Shown piece after piece: positions 39,512 through 48,910 of a stretch of DNA of 64,000 nucleotides. Made by a program: the position numbers and the translations under genes. The stretch covers positions 2,310,547 to 2,374,546 of the forward strand of contig CAVYBW010000001.1 of NCBI GenBank assembly GCA_963767035.1. Direction: 5' to 3'. This DNA is from an uncultured Chloroflexia bacterium (GTDB lineage: Bacteria; Chloroflexota; Chloroflexia; Chloroflexales; Herpetosiphonaceae). Under the pieces are notes generated by a model, which was given only the letters and a program-made list of their open reading frames with translations, was not told where the DNA came from and did not search any database. Every line of letters begins with the position of its first letter. Position 1 is the first letter of the stretch.

Positions 39512-39569
39512 GGGGGGGAGTAACCGAGGATGAAATAAAAAGGCAAAAGGCAAAAGGCAAAAGGCAAAA
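39512..39569. repeat. Simple-sequence tract in the GAF-STAS promoter: G7 homopolymer then (GGCAAAA)x4
   Basis: tgggggggag and ggcaaaaggcaaaaggcaaaaggcaaaa read directly. Confidence 0.8.
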
Positions 39570-39575
39570 ATGGGG

Positions 39576-39937
39576 AAAGGATGAAGGATAAAGAATATTC
39601 CCTCACTCACCCCAACCCCGCTCCCGTGGCGCGGGCGAAGGGCTTTACCACGTGAATATCGCAATGGGTGGTGGAAACCCATGCTCCCCCTCGCCCATCG
39701 CTGTGGGAGAGAAGGTCGGGGGGTGCTTACAAGAGTAGATAGTTAAGATCCCCTCACCCCAACCCCTCGCCCACGTGGCGGGCGAGGGGCTTAACTCGGT
39801 GGTTTTGCTGTGCTGTGTATAATCCACGACGGCTCCCCCCTCGCCTCGCGTGCGGGAGCGGGGGTTGGGGGTGAGGGAATACCCAGTACCATTTTAAAAA
39901 CCTACCCTTGTAAAATGGCTCTCATCCTTCATCCTTT
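39576..39937. repeat. Repeat cluster (four GC-rich hairpin units at 39597..39880) bounded by a perfect 14-bp inverted repeat
   Basis: AAAGGATGAAGGAT at 39576 and ATCCTTCATCCTTT at 39924; the right arm encodes the last codons of the GT gene. Confidence 0.55.
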
Positions 39938-41124
39938 TCATCCCTACGCTGCACAAACCGAAATGCACCGCCTTTTTCAACATCCATCACATGGCCGCGC
40001 CAAACGATGCGTTGCGGAGCCAGTAAGGCCTGGATCAATTGCAACGGAATCAGTAATTCTAAAAACGGCACCAACAGCCAATACCGCCGAGGTGTTGATT
40101 GCTCAAGATAGTGCTGATCAATCTGGATAAAGCTCACCAAACCGAGCAGGGTGTAGATTGCGCTAAACCAACGTTGGCGCTGGCTTGGGCGCAACAAGGT
40201 CACCACAGCTAAGATCAACGGAAACATGGTTGGTGCAATCGCCACCCAAAACAACAAACTGCGTTCGCGCAGATTCAAATGGCGCAACAACGATTCACGC
40301 GGAAAAATAAACCAGCGTTGAATCAAGCTACGATAGCGCTGCGCGTTGGTGACGGTGGTACGAATTGCATGACGCATGCTGGTTTGTTGCAAGCGCAAGC
40401 CAGCCTGTTTGACTCGTTGGGCCACCGCAAAATCATCGGCCAAAATATGTTCTAAGCCAGCGAAGCCCTGCAATTGATCCAGCACATCACGGCGCAGCGC
40501 ATAAAACATCCCATTGATCGTAAACGGCTCGCTGACTTGGCTATACGGCACATAGGTCAGCAAACTATTGCTATTGACAAACAACGCCACCAAACTCGAC
40601 CAAGCATTATCAAATGAGCGATAGTAGGGCAAGCCAAAGGCCAAGCCAACTCCCGCTTGATCCAGCCAAGGCAAACATTCTTCCAAACCATAGGCTGGCA
40701 GGCTGGTATCATCATCGAGCACACAAATAATTTGGCCTTGGGATTGTTGCAAGCCAGCAATCAACTTGAAGGTTTTAGGATTGACCCGCTCCGCCGGCGC
40801 AGGCAGGCTGATGATGCGAATTGTTTGGTTAGAATATTCGGCTTGTAGCTCATGGCAAAGCTGTTGGGCGACAGCATCATTAGCATCAATTAACCACAAC
40901 CACTCGCGGGCATAGCTACTTGGCGCATTCAAATTGGCCCGTAAACAGGTTGCCAAATGCAGATCGCCACTCAAAATTGGTTGTAGTAAACTCACCAAGG
41001 TTGTCGCAGGCTCACGTTGTTGATCAGGTGTGGCTTTGCCAAAAAAGCGCCAAACTTGCCACCATTTCCAGCAACGCTGGCCAAGCATCAAACCACACAA
41101 CAACAGCCAACCGCGTTTAATCAT
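39922..41124 (-). CDS. Family 2/21 glycosyltransferase (ceramide-glucosyltransferase/HpnI-like), membrane-anchored
   Basis: DDDTSLP and (Q)RWFIFPRE ((Q/R)xxRW) motifs; C-terminal TM region. Confidence 0.7.
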   Translation of the reverse strand: MIKRGWLLLCGLMLGQRCWKWWQVWRFFGKATPDQQREPATTLVSLLQPILSGDLHLATCLRANLNAPSSYAREWLWLIDANDAVAQQLCHELQAEYSNQTIRIISLPAPAERVNPKTFKLIAGLQQSQGQIICVLDDDTSLPAYGLEECLPWLDQAGVGLAFGLPYYRSFDNAWSSLVALFVNSNSLLTYVPYSQVSEPFTINGMFYALRRDVLDQLQGFAGLEHILADDFAVAQRVKQAGLRLQQTSMRHAIRTTVTNAQRYRSLIQRWFIFPRESLLRHLNLRERSLLFWVAIAPTMFPLILAVVTLLRPSQRQRWFSAIYTLLGLVSFIQIDQHYLEQSTPRRYWLLVPFLELLIPLQLIQALLAPQRIVWRGHVMDVEKGGAFRFVQRRDEKDEG

Positions 41125-42283
41125 GATTCTGCTCCTTGCCAAGCCACTGGGCTGAGGCCAAACGTCGCAGCCGAATTCGCTCGCCACGCCAAACAATTGT
41201 ATCGCCGCCAAGCAAGCCCCACAACATCAATAATGGATCAAGCAAGCTGCCCAGAATACTCAACGGCCAAGCCCACCACGGCGTAGCGTGCTGGCAATAA
41301 CGCCGCATTTGCCAGCCATGCAAGCTCAATTGAGCCGCCAAACATGCCAGCAACCATGGTCGAAGCTTTGCGCGACCCACACTTGCTAGCGCCAAAAGCG
41401 TCGGAATCGGCTGGGCAATGCTGGTCAAGCCGGTTACAGCCTGGTCGCGCTGGTTCAGCTCAGGCAGCATCAACACCCGTGGAATCGTAAACCAGCGTTG
41501 CATCTGTTGAGCATAGGCCGTTAAGTTGGCAAAATAATTATCAACTTGATAAATTAATGGCGTTTGCAAATTGCGCAAACCATGGGCTTGCACCCGCCGC
41601 GCTAACTCATGATCATCGTCAATCCGCCCTTGCATGCCAGCAAAGCCACCAATTTGCTCAAACACGCTCCGTTGCAGCGCAAATTGATGCCCAGTGATCG
41701 TGTATGGCTCAGTTAAGGCCGCCAAACCCACGTAACTTGGCAGGGCATTGGCATTAACAAAATTGCTCATCAATGCCGAGGGCAAATTTTGCCAGTTGGC
41801 ATAGCAGGCCAAGCCAAAAATTGCGCCAACCCGCGGCTGCAAAAGATATGGTATCGCCTCGCTGAGGCCATCAGCCGGCAAACTCACATCATCATCAACA
41901 AACCAAACGACCTCAGCTTGGGCTTGGGCCAAGGCGGCCTGCAATTTAACCAACTTCGAGGCTCGTTGACCCCAATCTGGCGCAACCTGAATGATTGTGA
42001 TCGAATGCTCAGCATTTTGTTTCTGTAAAGCAGAACACACTGCAAATGTTAAAAGATCAGCCTGATCGATCACCCAATAGTGATTTAGCTGACCAGCATA
42101 AGCCAAATTCAAGCGTAATTGCAAAGTTTTGGGCAAATCAAACACGCCGTGGGTCAACGGCTGAATTAAATCGATGCTAGGCCAAACGGCGCTTGCAACA
42201 GGTTTAGGCTTGGCAAAAAAGCGCCGAATTACCAACCAACGCCAGCAACGATCAAGCAAATACCACAGAGCCAACCAACGCAT
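41117..42283 (-). CDS. Paralogous family 2/21 glycosyltransferase, tandem with the previous gene
   Basis: VDDDVSLP and QRWFTIPRV motifs; 8-nt overlap with the downstream paralogue. Confidence 0.7.
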   Translation of the reverse strand: MRWLALWYLLDRCWRWLVIRRFFAKPKPVASAVWPSIDLIQPLTHGVFDLPKTLQLRLNLAYAGQLNHYWVIDQADLLTFAVCSALQKQNAEHSITIIQVAPDWGQRASKLVKLQAALAQAQAEVVWFVDDDVSLPADGLSEAIPYLLQPRVGAIFGLACYANWQNLPSALMSNFVNANALPSYVGLAALTEPYTITGHQFALQRSVFEQIGGFAGMQGRIDDDHELARRVQAHGLRNLQTPLIYQVDNYFANLTAYAQQMQRWFTIPRVLMLPELNQRDQAVTGLTSIAQPIPTLLALASVGRAKLRPWLLACLAAQLSLHGWQMRRYCQHATPWWAWPLSILGSLLDPLLMLWGLLGGDTIVWRGERIRLRRLASAQWLGKEQNHD

Positions 42284-43134
42284 TATGTCGCCTCAATCTG
42301 TGCCAACACATAATCAATATATTCATCAATTTGGGCCAGCGAGGCACAATGTTGGGCTTGTGGCACCCGATAATAGCTCGCCGTGGGGTAATACTGGCGC
42401 AATAATTGTTGATCACGCTGCCCAAACAAGCCATCGTGTTCAGCCACAATCATCGCCAACGGACCATGCCAACGGGCATCAGTCAAATGCCAATCAAGCT
42501 CACGCCACCAGCGCAACAAACTTCGGTAATCAGCACGCTGCAACGATTGAATATTGTGCTGTAAGCGTTCGGCCCAAAATGGCCGCAGAATTTCGGCCAT
42601 CGGCTGCAAAAATTGCTTGGTACCACGCCAAAACAGCCAGCGTACCAAGCCCAACGGCAAGATTGCGACCAACGGATAGAGCAACGTCAACCAAAGCCAG
42701 CGCTCACGTCGTGGCACGCCAGTATCCGAAAGCAGCAAACCACGCGCCAAATGCGGGCGATAGTACAAAATTGCCTGCGCAATCAAGCCGCTATACGAGC
42801 CAGCCACAATCCAAGCCGCCTCAAATTGCAAATATTCAAACAAGGCTTGCAGCTGTGCGGCCAAATCAGCCAAGTTGTGAACGGTATTGGGATAGGTCAG
42901 GCTAATCACGCGATAGCGCTCGTGGCCACGCGCCAGCCAGCGAAACGCCAAATCGGCCCGTGCCAAGCCACCAGGCAAAATCAACAACGCAGGCAAATTG
43001 CCGCCAGTATCGCAAATTTCCCATTGATGGCCGTTAATCTGCAAACGCTGCATCGGATAGCGCCCAAGCATAGACTGATAACAGCGTTGGCAATCGGCGG
43101 CGTTGATCAACGCTTCGTATTCGAGTTGGCTCAT
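42283..43134 (-). CDS. Alpha/beta hydrolase-fold protein, first gene of a three-gene operon with the two GTs
   Basis: GSYSG nucleophile elbow; TAATG stop/start overlap with the GT gene. Confidence 0.6.
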   Translation of the reverse strand: MSQLEYEALINAADCQRCYQSMLGRYPMQRLQINGHQWEICDTGGNLPALLILPGGLARADLAFRWLARGHERYRVISLTYPNTVHNLADLAAQLQALFEYLQFEAAWIVAGSYSGLIAQAILYYRPHLARGLLLSDTGVPRRERWLWLTLLYPLVAILPLGLVRWLFWRGTKQFLQPMAEILRPFWAERLQHNIQSLQRADYRSLLRWWRELDWHLTDARWHGPLAMIVAEHDGLFGQRDQQLLRQYYPTASYYRVPQAQHCASLAQIDEYIDYVLAQIEAT

Positions 43135-43256
43135 TAATTCACGTTGCCTCACGCTAAAGTTGCGCTGTTTATGCTTGTAGATTGCTGCAAAGTTGCTCTA
43201 ACTGCTCGCTTGGGTTTGCTACACTCATTCTAAGCCTTTTATTCAGGAGTTTTGCA

Positions 43257-43838
43257 ATGTATAGCGTTGCAACGTCGGTTCAACCAATTCCACGCTGGCA
43301 AAGCATCTTTTATGGCTGGTATCTGCCAGCATGCTTAGCACTGATTTGGCTCATCGGACCATTCTGGATAGATCACGATCTTTTGTATGCTCCCGATAGC
43401 AATATAACTCAGACTGTTTATATCCACTACAAACTTTTACGCTATGGATTTGTTGCCAGCCTACTCTTCAATGGTGGTATGCTGATAGCCCTGAATCCTA
43501 AAAAGCACATTTGGATCGGGGTGACATGGTTTCTTAGTATTACAATTGCGACAATCCTGTACCCGTTTCTGGATATTTCAGCAGGCCTAGGAAAGATATT
43601 CAAATTGGCAATTGCAAGCGCCGATAACTATTATTATATGATTAGCGCCACCAACATTTTGCTTGGAATGCTACTAAGTTTTAGTCTGATTCTGGTTCAG
43701 CATGTGGTTAATCCTCATGCATATCGATCTGGGCGCAGCATGATTTTGGCATGGATCAGCCTATGGTTTATCTCGATCGCCTACATTAGCCCTAAATTGC
43801 TCTTGGATTTACCAATGGTCAGGGATTATATTGGATAG
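43257..43838 (+). CDS. Hypothetical polytopic membrane protein in a local lower-GC patch
   Basis: Several hydrophobic segments; AT-richer than surrounding sequence. Confidence 0.45.
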   Translation: MYSVATSVQPIPRWQSIFYGWYLPACLALIWLIGPFWIDHDLLYAPDSNITQTVYIHYKLLRYGFVASLLFNGGMLIALNPKKHIWIGVTWFLSITIATILYPFLDISAGLGKIFKLAIASADNYYYMISATNILLGMLLSFSLILVQHVVNPHAYRSGRSMILAWISLWFISIAYISPKLLLDLPMVRDYIG

Positions 43839-43857
43839 TTGGATGGAATGAAGCCTC

Positions 43858-43910
43858 TCACTCGCTAAGCATCCCTCGTCCGCACTCGAGGTGAGGGGCT
43901 TAGCGAGTGA
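43858..43910. terminator. Compound hairpin between convergent genes, related to the GC-rich repeat family
   Basis: CACTCGCTAAGC...GCTTAGCGAGTG outer stem. Confidence 0.45.
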
Positions 43911-43956
43911 AGAAAAGCACAGACATGCCAATCTAATGAACCATTCCCTCTAGAAT

Positions 43957-45351
43957 TTAAATTGGCAGACTTAGTTGAATATGGGCACCTTGCTCGCTGG
44001 GAATCAGCACCGCATCGCCGCCATGCGCCCGCAGAATCGTGCGCACAATCGCCAAACCCAAGCCCGAACCGCCTTCAGCGCCGCGCACACCACGCTCCCA
44101 AATTGCTTCACGCAAGGCCGCCGGAATGCCTTCACCAGTATCTTGGACATCGATTACAACTTGATCGGCGGTTAAGCTGACCCGCATAATAATTTGGCCG
44201 CCTGGTGGTGTGGCCCGCAAGGCATTATCAAACAAATTCAACAAGGCCTGCTTCAATCGATCGTGATCAGCGTCGATCAACAGTGGGCGTGGTGGAACCT
44301 GCGCCAGCAATTCAACCCCGCTGCGTTGCGCTCGACCACTCAAATTCTGCACCAGTTCATGGATCATCTCGCCAAGATCGAGGCTTTGCTTGGGACCGAG
44401 GGTCAGACTTGGTTGGGCATCATTGCGCAAAAGCTCATCAGCCAAACGCGCTAAGCGAGCAATTTCGGCCTGCATCGCCTGAATCGATTGCTGCTGTTCG
44501 TCGCTGTTCTCGGAATCCTCGATATTTTCCAAATAGCCGCCCAAGGCCATCATCGGCGTGCGCAACTCGTGCGAAACATCGCGATAAAAGCGCCGTTGGG
44601 CTTCGGATTGTTGCTCGATACGCGATAAACGCTCGGCCAATTGGTCGGTCATTGTATTAATTGATCGTGCTAATTGAATAAATTCTTCAGGGCCACGTTC
44701 AATCGCCCGTTCAGTTAGGTCGCCATCGGCCACTTGTTCGGCAGTTTCGCGCAATTGGCCAATTAGCCGTGCCAACCAACGTGCTACCAACGACGAGCCT
44801 AAAAAAGCCGCAGCCAATGCCAAGCCAATCGAAATGACCACAAAGCGCCACAACACACGCAACAAGCGATCCTCATCGGCAACACTTTGCGAGACTTCAA
44901 TCACCCCCACAACTTTTTGCTGCCAACGGACTTGCCCCGCCACATAGCGCCGCCCGCGAGTCTCGGCCACAAACACGGTTGGAATGCTGGTAACAAATTG
45001 GCTGGCTGCGGCACGACTGGGAAAGGCCGAATTCGAGCCATTGGCACCAAAAATCTGGCCGGCGCTACCAAAAACCCGAATTGCCCCATCGCCATTGCCA
45101 ATGGGCCGACTAAGCAGAATATTGCTGGCTGATTGTAAATCGCCATCACTGCTAATCAGTTGCTCGGCAAAGGCAACATACAACTCAAGCTGATTATTTA
45201 ATTCTAAACTACGCCGATCGGCTTCGCTGGTGCGAACTCCCAACAGAATAATTAATGCAATTAATGCCAATGGCACAACACTAACCGCCACCATCGTGAT
45301 GGTTAGACGGACTGCCAAGGTTACAATTTTTGGTCGATGCACTTTTTTCAT
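43957..45351 (-). CDS. Sensor histidine kinase (TM sensor, HAMP, HisKA, HATPase_c)
   Basis: H-box VSHELRTPM; N/G1/G2 boxes (DTGEGIP, GSGLGLAIV); two TM flanking a periplasmic domain. Confidence 0.85.
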   Translation of the reverse strand: MKKVHRPKIVTLAVRLTITMVAVSVVPLALIALIILLGVRTSEADRRSLELNNQLELYVAFAEQLISSDGDLQSASNILLSRPIGNGDGAIRVFGSAGQIFGANGSNSAFPSRAAASQFVTSIPTVFVAETRGRRYVAGQVRWQQKVVGVIEVSQSVADEDRLLRVLWRFVVISIGLALAAAFLGSSLVARWLARLIGQLRETAEQVADGDLTERAIERGPEEFIQLARSINTMTDQLAERLSRIEQQSEAQRRFYRDVSHELRTPMMALGGYLENIEDSENSDEQQQSIQAMQAEIARLARLADELLRNDAQPSLTLGPKQSLDLGEMIHELVQNLSGRAQRSGVELLAQVPPRPLLIDADHDRLKQALLNLFDNALRATPPGGQIIMRVSLTADQVVIDVQDTGEGIPAALREAIWERGVRGAEGGSGLGLAIVRTILRAHGGDAVLIPSEQGAHIQLSLPI

Positions 45352-45453
45352 AGTAGCATTATCGCATAGCTAGCCACTTGCATGGCATGATATAATCGCG
45401 TTTGAGAAAAAATCTCCCATTCGATTAAACTTGATGCAGAAAGTGTAGAGGCA

Positions 45454-47193
45454 ATGTCTACGGTAACCTATCCACCCCTGCCCGCGCCTTTTGAAATTAT
45501 TGGCCCTTGCGGCAAGCAATCAACCCATCGCCGTTTTTTTATGGCCAAGAAAGATGGCATTCCCTACCTCGTTTGGTGGGAGAGTCGCATTCCTGATGCG
45601 CTACGCAAACAACAAATGGTGGTCCAGATTGCCGAACAAGCTGGCAGCGAGGTGGCGATTCTCGATGTCCAATCGCTGACCCTCCAACAACTTTTAGATA
45701 CAGCCGGCAGTCTTCCAGCACCAGTCGCTGCGCAATATGCGTTGGGCTTAATCGAAACTGCTGAATTTAATCATCGCCAACGAACTGCGCTTACAGCTAG
45801 TAATTTGTATGGCCCAGGCTTGCTTGATATTGGCTCGCAAGGCACAATTGTGCCAAAAATCGATTCAAGCGTTGCCCGCCAAGCGAATCCAGTGCCAGCT
45901 CAATTATTACCAATCAACGAACAACCAAGCCCTCAAAGCGATAGCTATTACATTGGGGCCTTGATTGCGTGGATGATTAGTGGTCAATTTGCGCCGCAAG
46001 GCAATCCCTTGGCGATGTTGCCAGCAATTGATGGCCGGCTGGCGAGCATCCTGCAACGCGCAACTGCCGCCAACCCCAGCCAACGCCCAAGCGCCCAAGC
46101 CCTTGGTCAACAAATTCAGGATTGGTTATCGGGCAAAGTTGAGACCGCTGCAAAAAAGAAGCCCTCAAAATTGGGCTGGATACTCGGCGCGATCGGTACT
46201 GCAGCAATTATGCTATTGGTTATCTATGTTTTATCAAACCGCAAGCAAACACCTAGCACCGAGTTTGGTACCGCCGAAGCTAGTGGCCCAAGCACTGAGC
46301 TCCAGCCCGACAAACCGGGCACTGGCCTAGCCATGCTCGGTGAAGTCGATGCGGTTGAAATTAATCGCATCGACGATACGCGCTACCCCGAAATTGATAT
46401 GTACCTGAGCGTAATGCGAGCAACTGATGTTGTGACCGATGTGCCACGCCAAAATGTTAACGTCTTTGAGAATACTAATCAAATCGAAAGCTTTTCGTGG
46501 GTCAATCTCTCGCGGGTTAAAGATCCACTGAATATTATGTTGGTGATGGATACCAGCGGTAGTATGGGCCCAAGCAAAGAAGGGTTAACCGATGGTGGCC
46601 TCGATGCAGCCAAAATTGCAGCCCTCGATTTTATCGACCGCCTGCCATCAAACACCAATCTTGGCCTAATTCACTTTGGCACAATGGTCACAGTTGATCA
46701 CTCGTTAACCAGCGATATCGCAGCGGTGCGCCAAAGTATTAGCGAGCTTAAACCCGAAGGCCAAACCGCCATTTACGATGCACTCGCGATTAGCTACACC
46801 CAATTGCGCCGCGCTGAAGGTCGAACGTTCATCGTGCTCATTTCCGATGGTGCCGATACCGCCAGCAAAGGCGATAATTACGATAGCATCGTGACTAAAG
46901 CCAATAAAGCCAAAATCCCAACCTATATTATTGGCTTAACCAGCCCTGAATTTGATGGTAAATTGCTGGAAGATTTGCAACGCGATACCAAAGCTATGAC
47001 CTACCAAACGCCGTCAAAAGAACAACTTAGTAGCTTTTATGGCGAGGTTGCCCAAGAGGTTTCTGGCCAATATCGGGCCAGTTTCAGCCTACCAGATAGC
47101 TATAAAACCGGCGATGAAATTAAGCTCAAGGTCGAGGTCAATGCTGGCGATGGCCGCTTAATTACCAAAGAGCGCAACTATATCCATCCCTAA
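45454..47193 (+). CDS. Membrane protein with N-terminal degenerate kinase-like (pseudokinase) region, one TM, and extracytoplasmic von Willebrand factor A domain
   Basis: vWA MIDAS (MVMDTSGSMG...); kinase C-lobe-like ...NPSQRPSAQALGQQIQDWL without HRD/DFG; TM at about residue 250. Confidence 0.6.
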   Translation: MSTVTYPPLPAPFEIIGPCGKQSTHRRFFMAKKDGIPYLVWWESRIPDALRKQQMVVQIAEQAGSEVAILDVQSLTLQQLLDTAGSLPAPVAAQYALGLIETAEFNHRQRTALTASNLYGPGLLDIGSQGTIVPKIDSSVARQANPVPAQLLPINEQPSPQSDSYYIGALIAWMISGQFAPQGNPLAMLPAIDGRLASILQRATAANPSQRPSAQALGQQIQDWLSGKVETAAKKKPSKLGWILGAIGTAAIMLLVIYVLSNRKQTPSTEFGTAEASGPSTELQPDKPGTGLAMLGEVDAVEINRIDDTRYPEIDMYLSVMRATDVVTDVPRQNVNVFENTNQIESFSWVNLSRVKDPLNIMLVMDTSGSMGPSKEGLTDGGLDAAKIAALDFIDRLPSNTNLGLIHFGTMVTVDHSLTSDIAAVRQSISELKPEGQTAIYDALAISYTQLRRAEGRTFIVLISDGADTASKGDNYDSIVTKANKAKIPTYIIGLTSPEFDGKLLEDLQRDTKAMTYQTPSKEQLSSFYGEVAQEVSGQYRASFSLPDSYKTGDEIKLKVEVNAGDGRLITKERNYIHP

Positions 47194-47216
47194 TTGGCAA
47201 GCGCCTACCAGTGTTC

Positions 47217-47249
47217 AATCGCAGCATCTCACCAATGCTGCGATTTTTG
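47217..47249 (+). terminator. Rho-independent terminator after the vWA gene
   Basis: AATCGCAGCAT-loop-ATGCTGCGATT + TTTTT. Confidence 0.7.
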
Positions 47250-47305
47250 ATCGCTACCAGATTGTGCTACAGTGCACGTCACAATAACAATTGTGAGAAC
47301 ACCTT

Positions 47306-48208
47306 ATGCTGGATTTACAAAAACTGCGGATGTTTGTGGCAGCAGCCCAAAGCCGCAATTTTACCCGTGCCGCCGAGCAGCTTGACCTAACGCAACCAAC
47401 GGTGAGCCAACAAATTCAAACCCTCGAACGCGAATTAGGCGTGAGTTTGTTCGAGCGACTAAGCCGTGGCATTGAGCTAACAGCGGCTGGGCGCGCACTC
47501 TTACCACACGCTGAGCAAATGATTGCGCTCGAACGGATTGCTGAGCAAGCAGTTCGCTCCGCCGCTGGCCAAAGTGAGCGCACCTTGCTGCTGGGCGTTG
47601 GCAATACCTTGGCAACCTATGCCCTGCCCGATTTGTTACAACGCTTCAACTGGGAACACCCCGAATTTGTGGTGCATATCGGCACAGGCAACACCGAGCA
47701 ATTACTTGCCCAAGTCATCTCAGGTGAATTTGAGTTGGCGCTGGTTGGTTCGCCAATTACCCATAATCAGTTGATCGTTATGCCGTTTTTGAGCACCGAA
47801 TTGGTTGTAATCGTTAGCCCTGATGACCCTTGGGCACGCTTAAAGCAGATTAATCTCGAAGCCTTGCATGGGCGGCGTATGCTTTTGCGCGAGGAAGGCT
47901 CGGCCTTGCAAGCAAGCGTCAGCGAATTGCTCAGCAAGCAGCAAATTCGCCCCAAGCAACCGATTGTGCTCGGCAATTTAGAGGCGATCAAACGCTCAGT
48001 TGAAGTTGGCTTGGGCATCGCCTTAGTGCCAGCGATGGCGGTGCGACGCGAAGTAGCGGCGGGGCGTTTGCGCCAATTACATTTGGCCAATATGCCGACG
48101 CGGCGGGTTTATAATGTGGTGCATCATCGCGACCGCCATATCACCAATGCCGCCCAATTATTCCTCGATCTTTTGCGCAAACCGTTGGGGCCTGATACTA
48201 ACGAATAG
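47306..48208 (+). CDS. LysR-family transcriptional regulator
   Basis: N-terminal HTH LRMFVAAAQSRNFTRAAEQLDLTQPTVSQQIQ; LysR substrate domain. Confidence 0.85.
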   Translation: MLDLQKLRMFVAAAQSRNFTRAAEQLDLTQPTVSQQIQTLERELGVSLFERLSRGIELTAAGRALLPHAEQMIALERIAEQAVRSAAGQSERTLLLGVGNTLATYALPDLLQRFNWEHPEFVVHIGTGNTEQLLAQVISGEFELALVGSPITHNQLIVMPFLSTELVVIVSPDDPWARLKQINLEALHGRRMLLREEGSALQASVSELLSKQQIRPKQPIVLGNLEAIKRSVEVGLGIALVPAMAVRREVAAGRLRQLHLANMPTRRVYNVVHHRDRHITNAAQLFLDLLRKPLGPDTNE

Positions 48209-48292
48209 GTGCTTGATATGATATGATACGGGCTATTGCTTCCGACCACCTTTTGGAGCAGAACCCGTTATGGGCTTGGGGGAATGGCCTGC

Positions 48293-48880
48293 ATGACCGA
48301 TGCAGAACGACAATGGGTTAGCGCCGCCAAAGCTGGCGACGTTGAAGCCTTCAATCAATTAGTGCGTATGTACGAGGGCCGCGTGTATGGCTTGGCCTAT
48401 CGCATGCTTGGCGATAGCGATAGCGCTGCGGATGTCGCCCAAGATACGTTTATCTCGGCATTTAAGGCGATCCAACGCTTTCGCGAAGGCTCGTTTGCCG
48501 CGTGGCTGCTCCGCATCGCCACCAATGCGTGCTACGATGTCTTGCGCGCGCAAAAACGCCGCCGCACCACCTCGATGGATCAACTGCTGGCCGGCGACGA
48601 TGATAGCCCCGGCGAGCAGTTTGAAGACCAATCGATGCCACTCGATCAGCATATGATTAATCGTGAGTTGCAAGCAGTGATTCAAGCCGGGCTGGCAACC
48701 TTGCCCGAAGATCAACGGGTTGTATTAATTATGTGTGATATTCAAGGCTTTGCCTACGAGGAAATCGCGGCGGCTACTGATACCCAACTGGGCACAGTCA
48801 AATCGCGGCTCAGCCGAGCACGGGCAAAGTTACGCGATTATCTTAAAAGTCGGGAACTTTTGCCAACTGCCGAACGTTAA
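48293..48880 (+). CDS. ECF-subfamily sigma factor; ORF track starts at 48236
   Basis: Region 2 (YRMLGDSDSAADVAQDTFI) and region 4 motifs; GGGGGA RBS before the ATG at 48293. Confidence 0.8.
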   Translation: MTDAERQWVSAAKAGDVEAFNQLVRMYEGRVYGLAYRMLGDSDSAADVAQDTFISAFKAIQRFREGSFAAWLLRIATNACYDVLRAQKRRRTTSMDQLLAGDDDSPGEQFEDQSMPLDQHMINRELQAVIQAGLATLPEDQRVVLIMCDIQGFAYEEIAAATDTQLGTVKSRLSRARAKLRDYLKSRELLPTAER

Positions 48881-48910
48881 GCGTGATATGACTACACAAG
48901 TGGGTATGCA

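Noticed and set aside
39428-39682. N-terminal 85-aa extension of the GAF-STAS ORF
   Set aside because: It runs through the microsatellite and into a hairpin repeat; the internal ATG at 39427 has a good RBS and begins the conserved domain.
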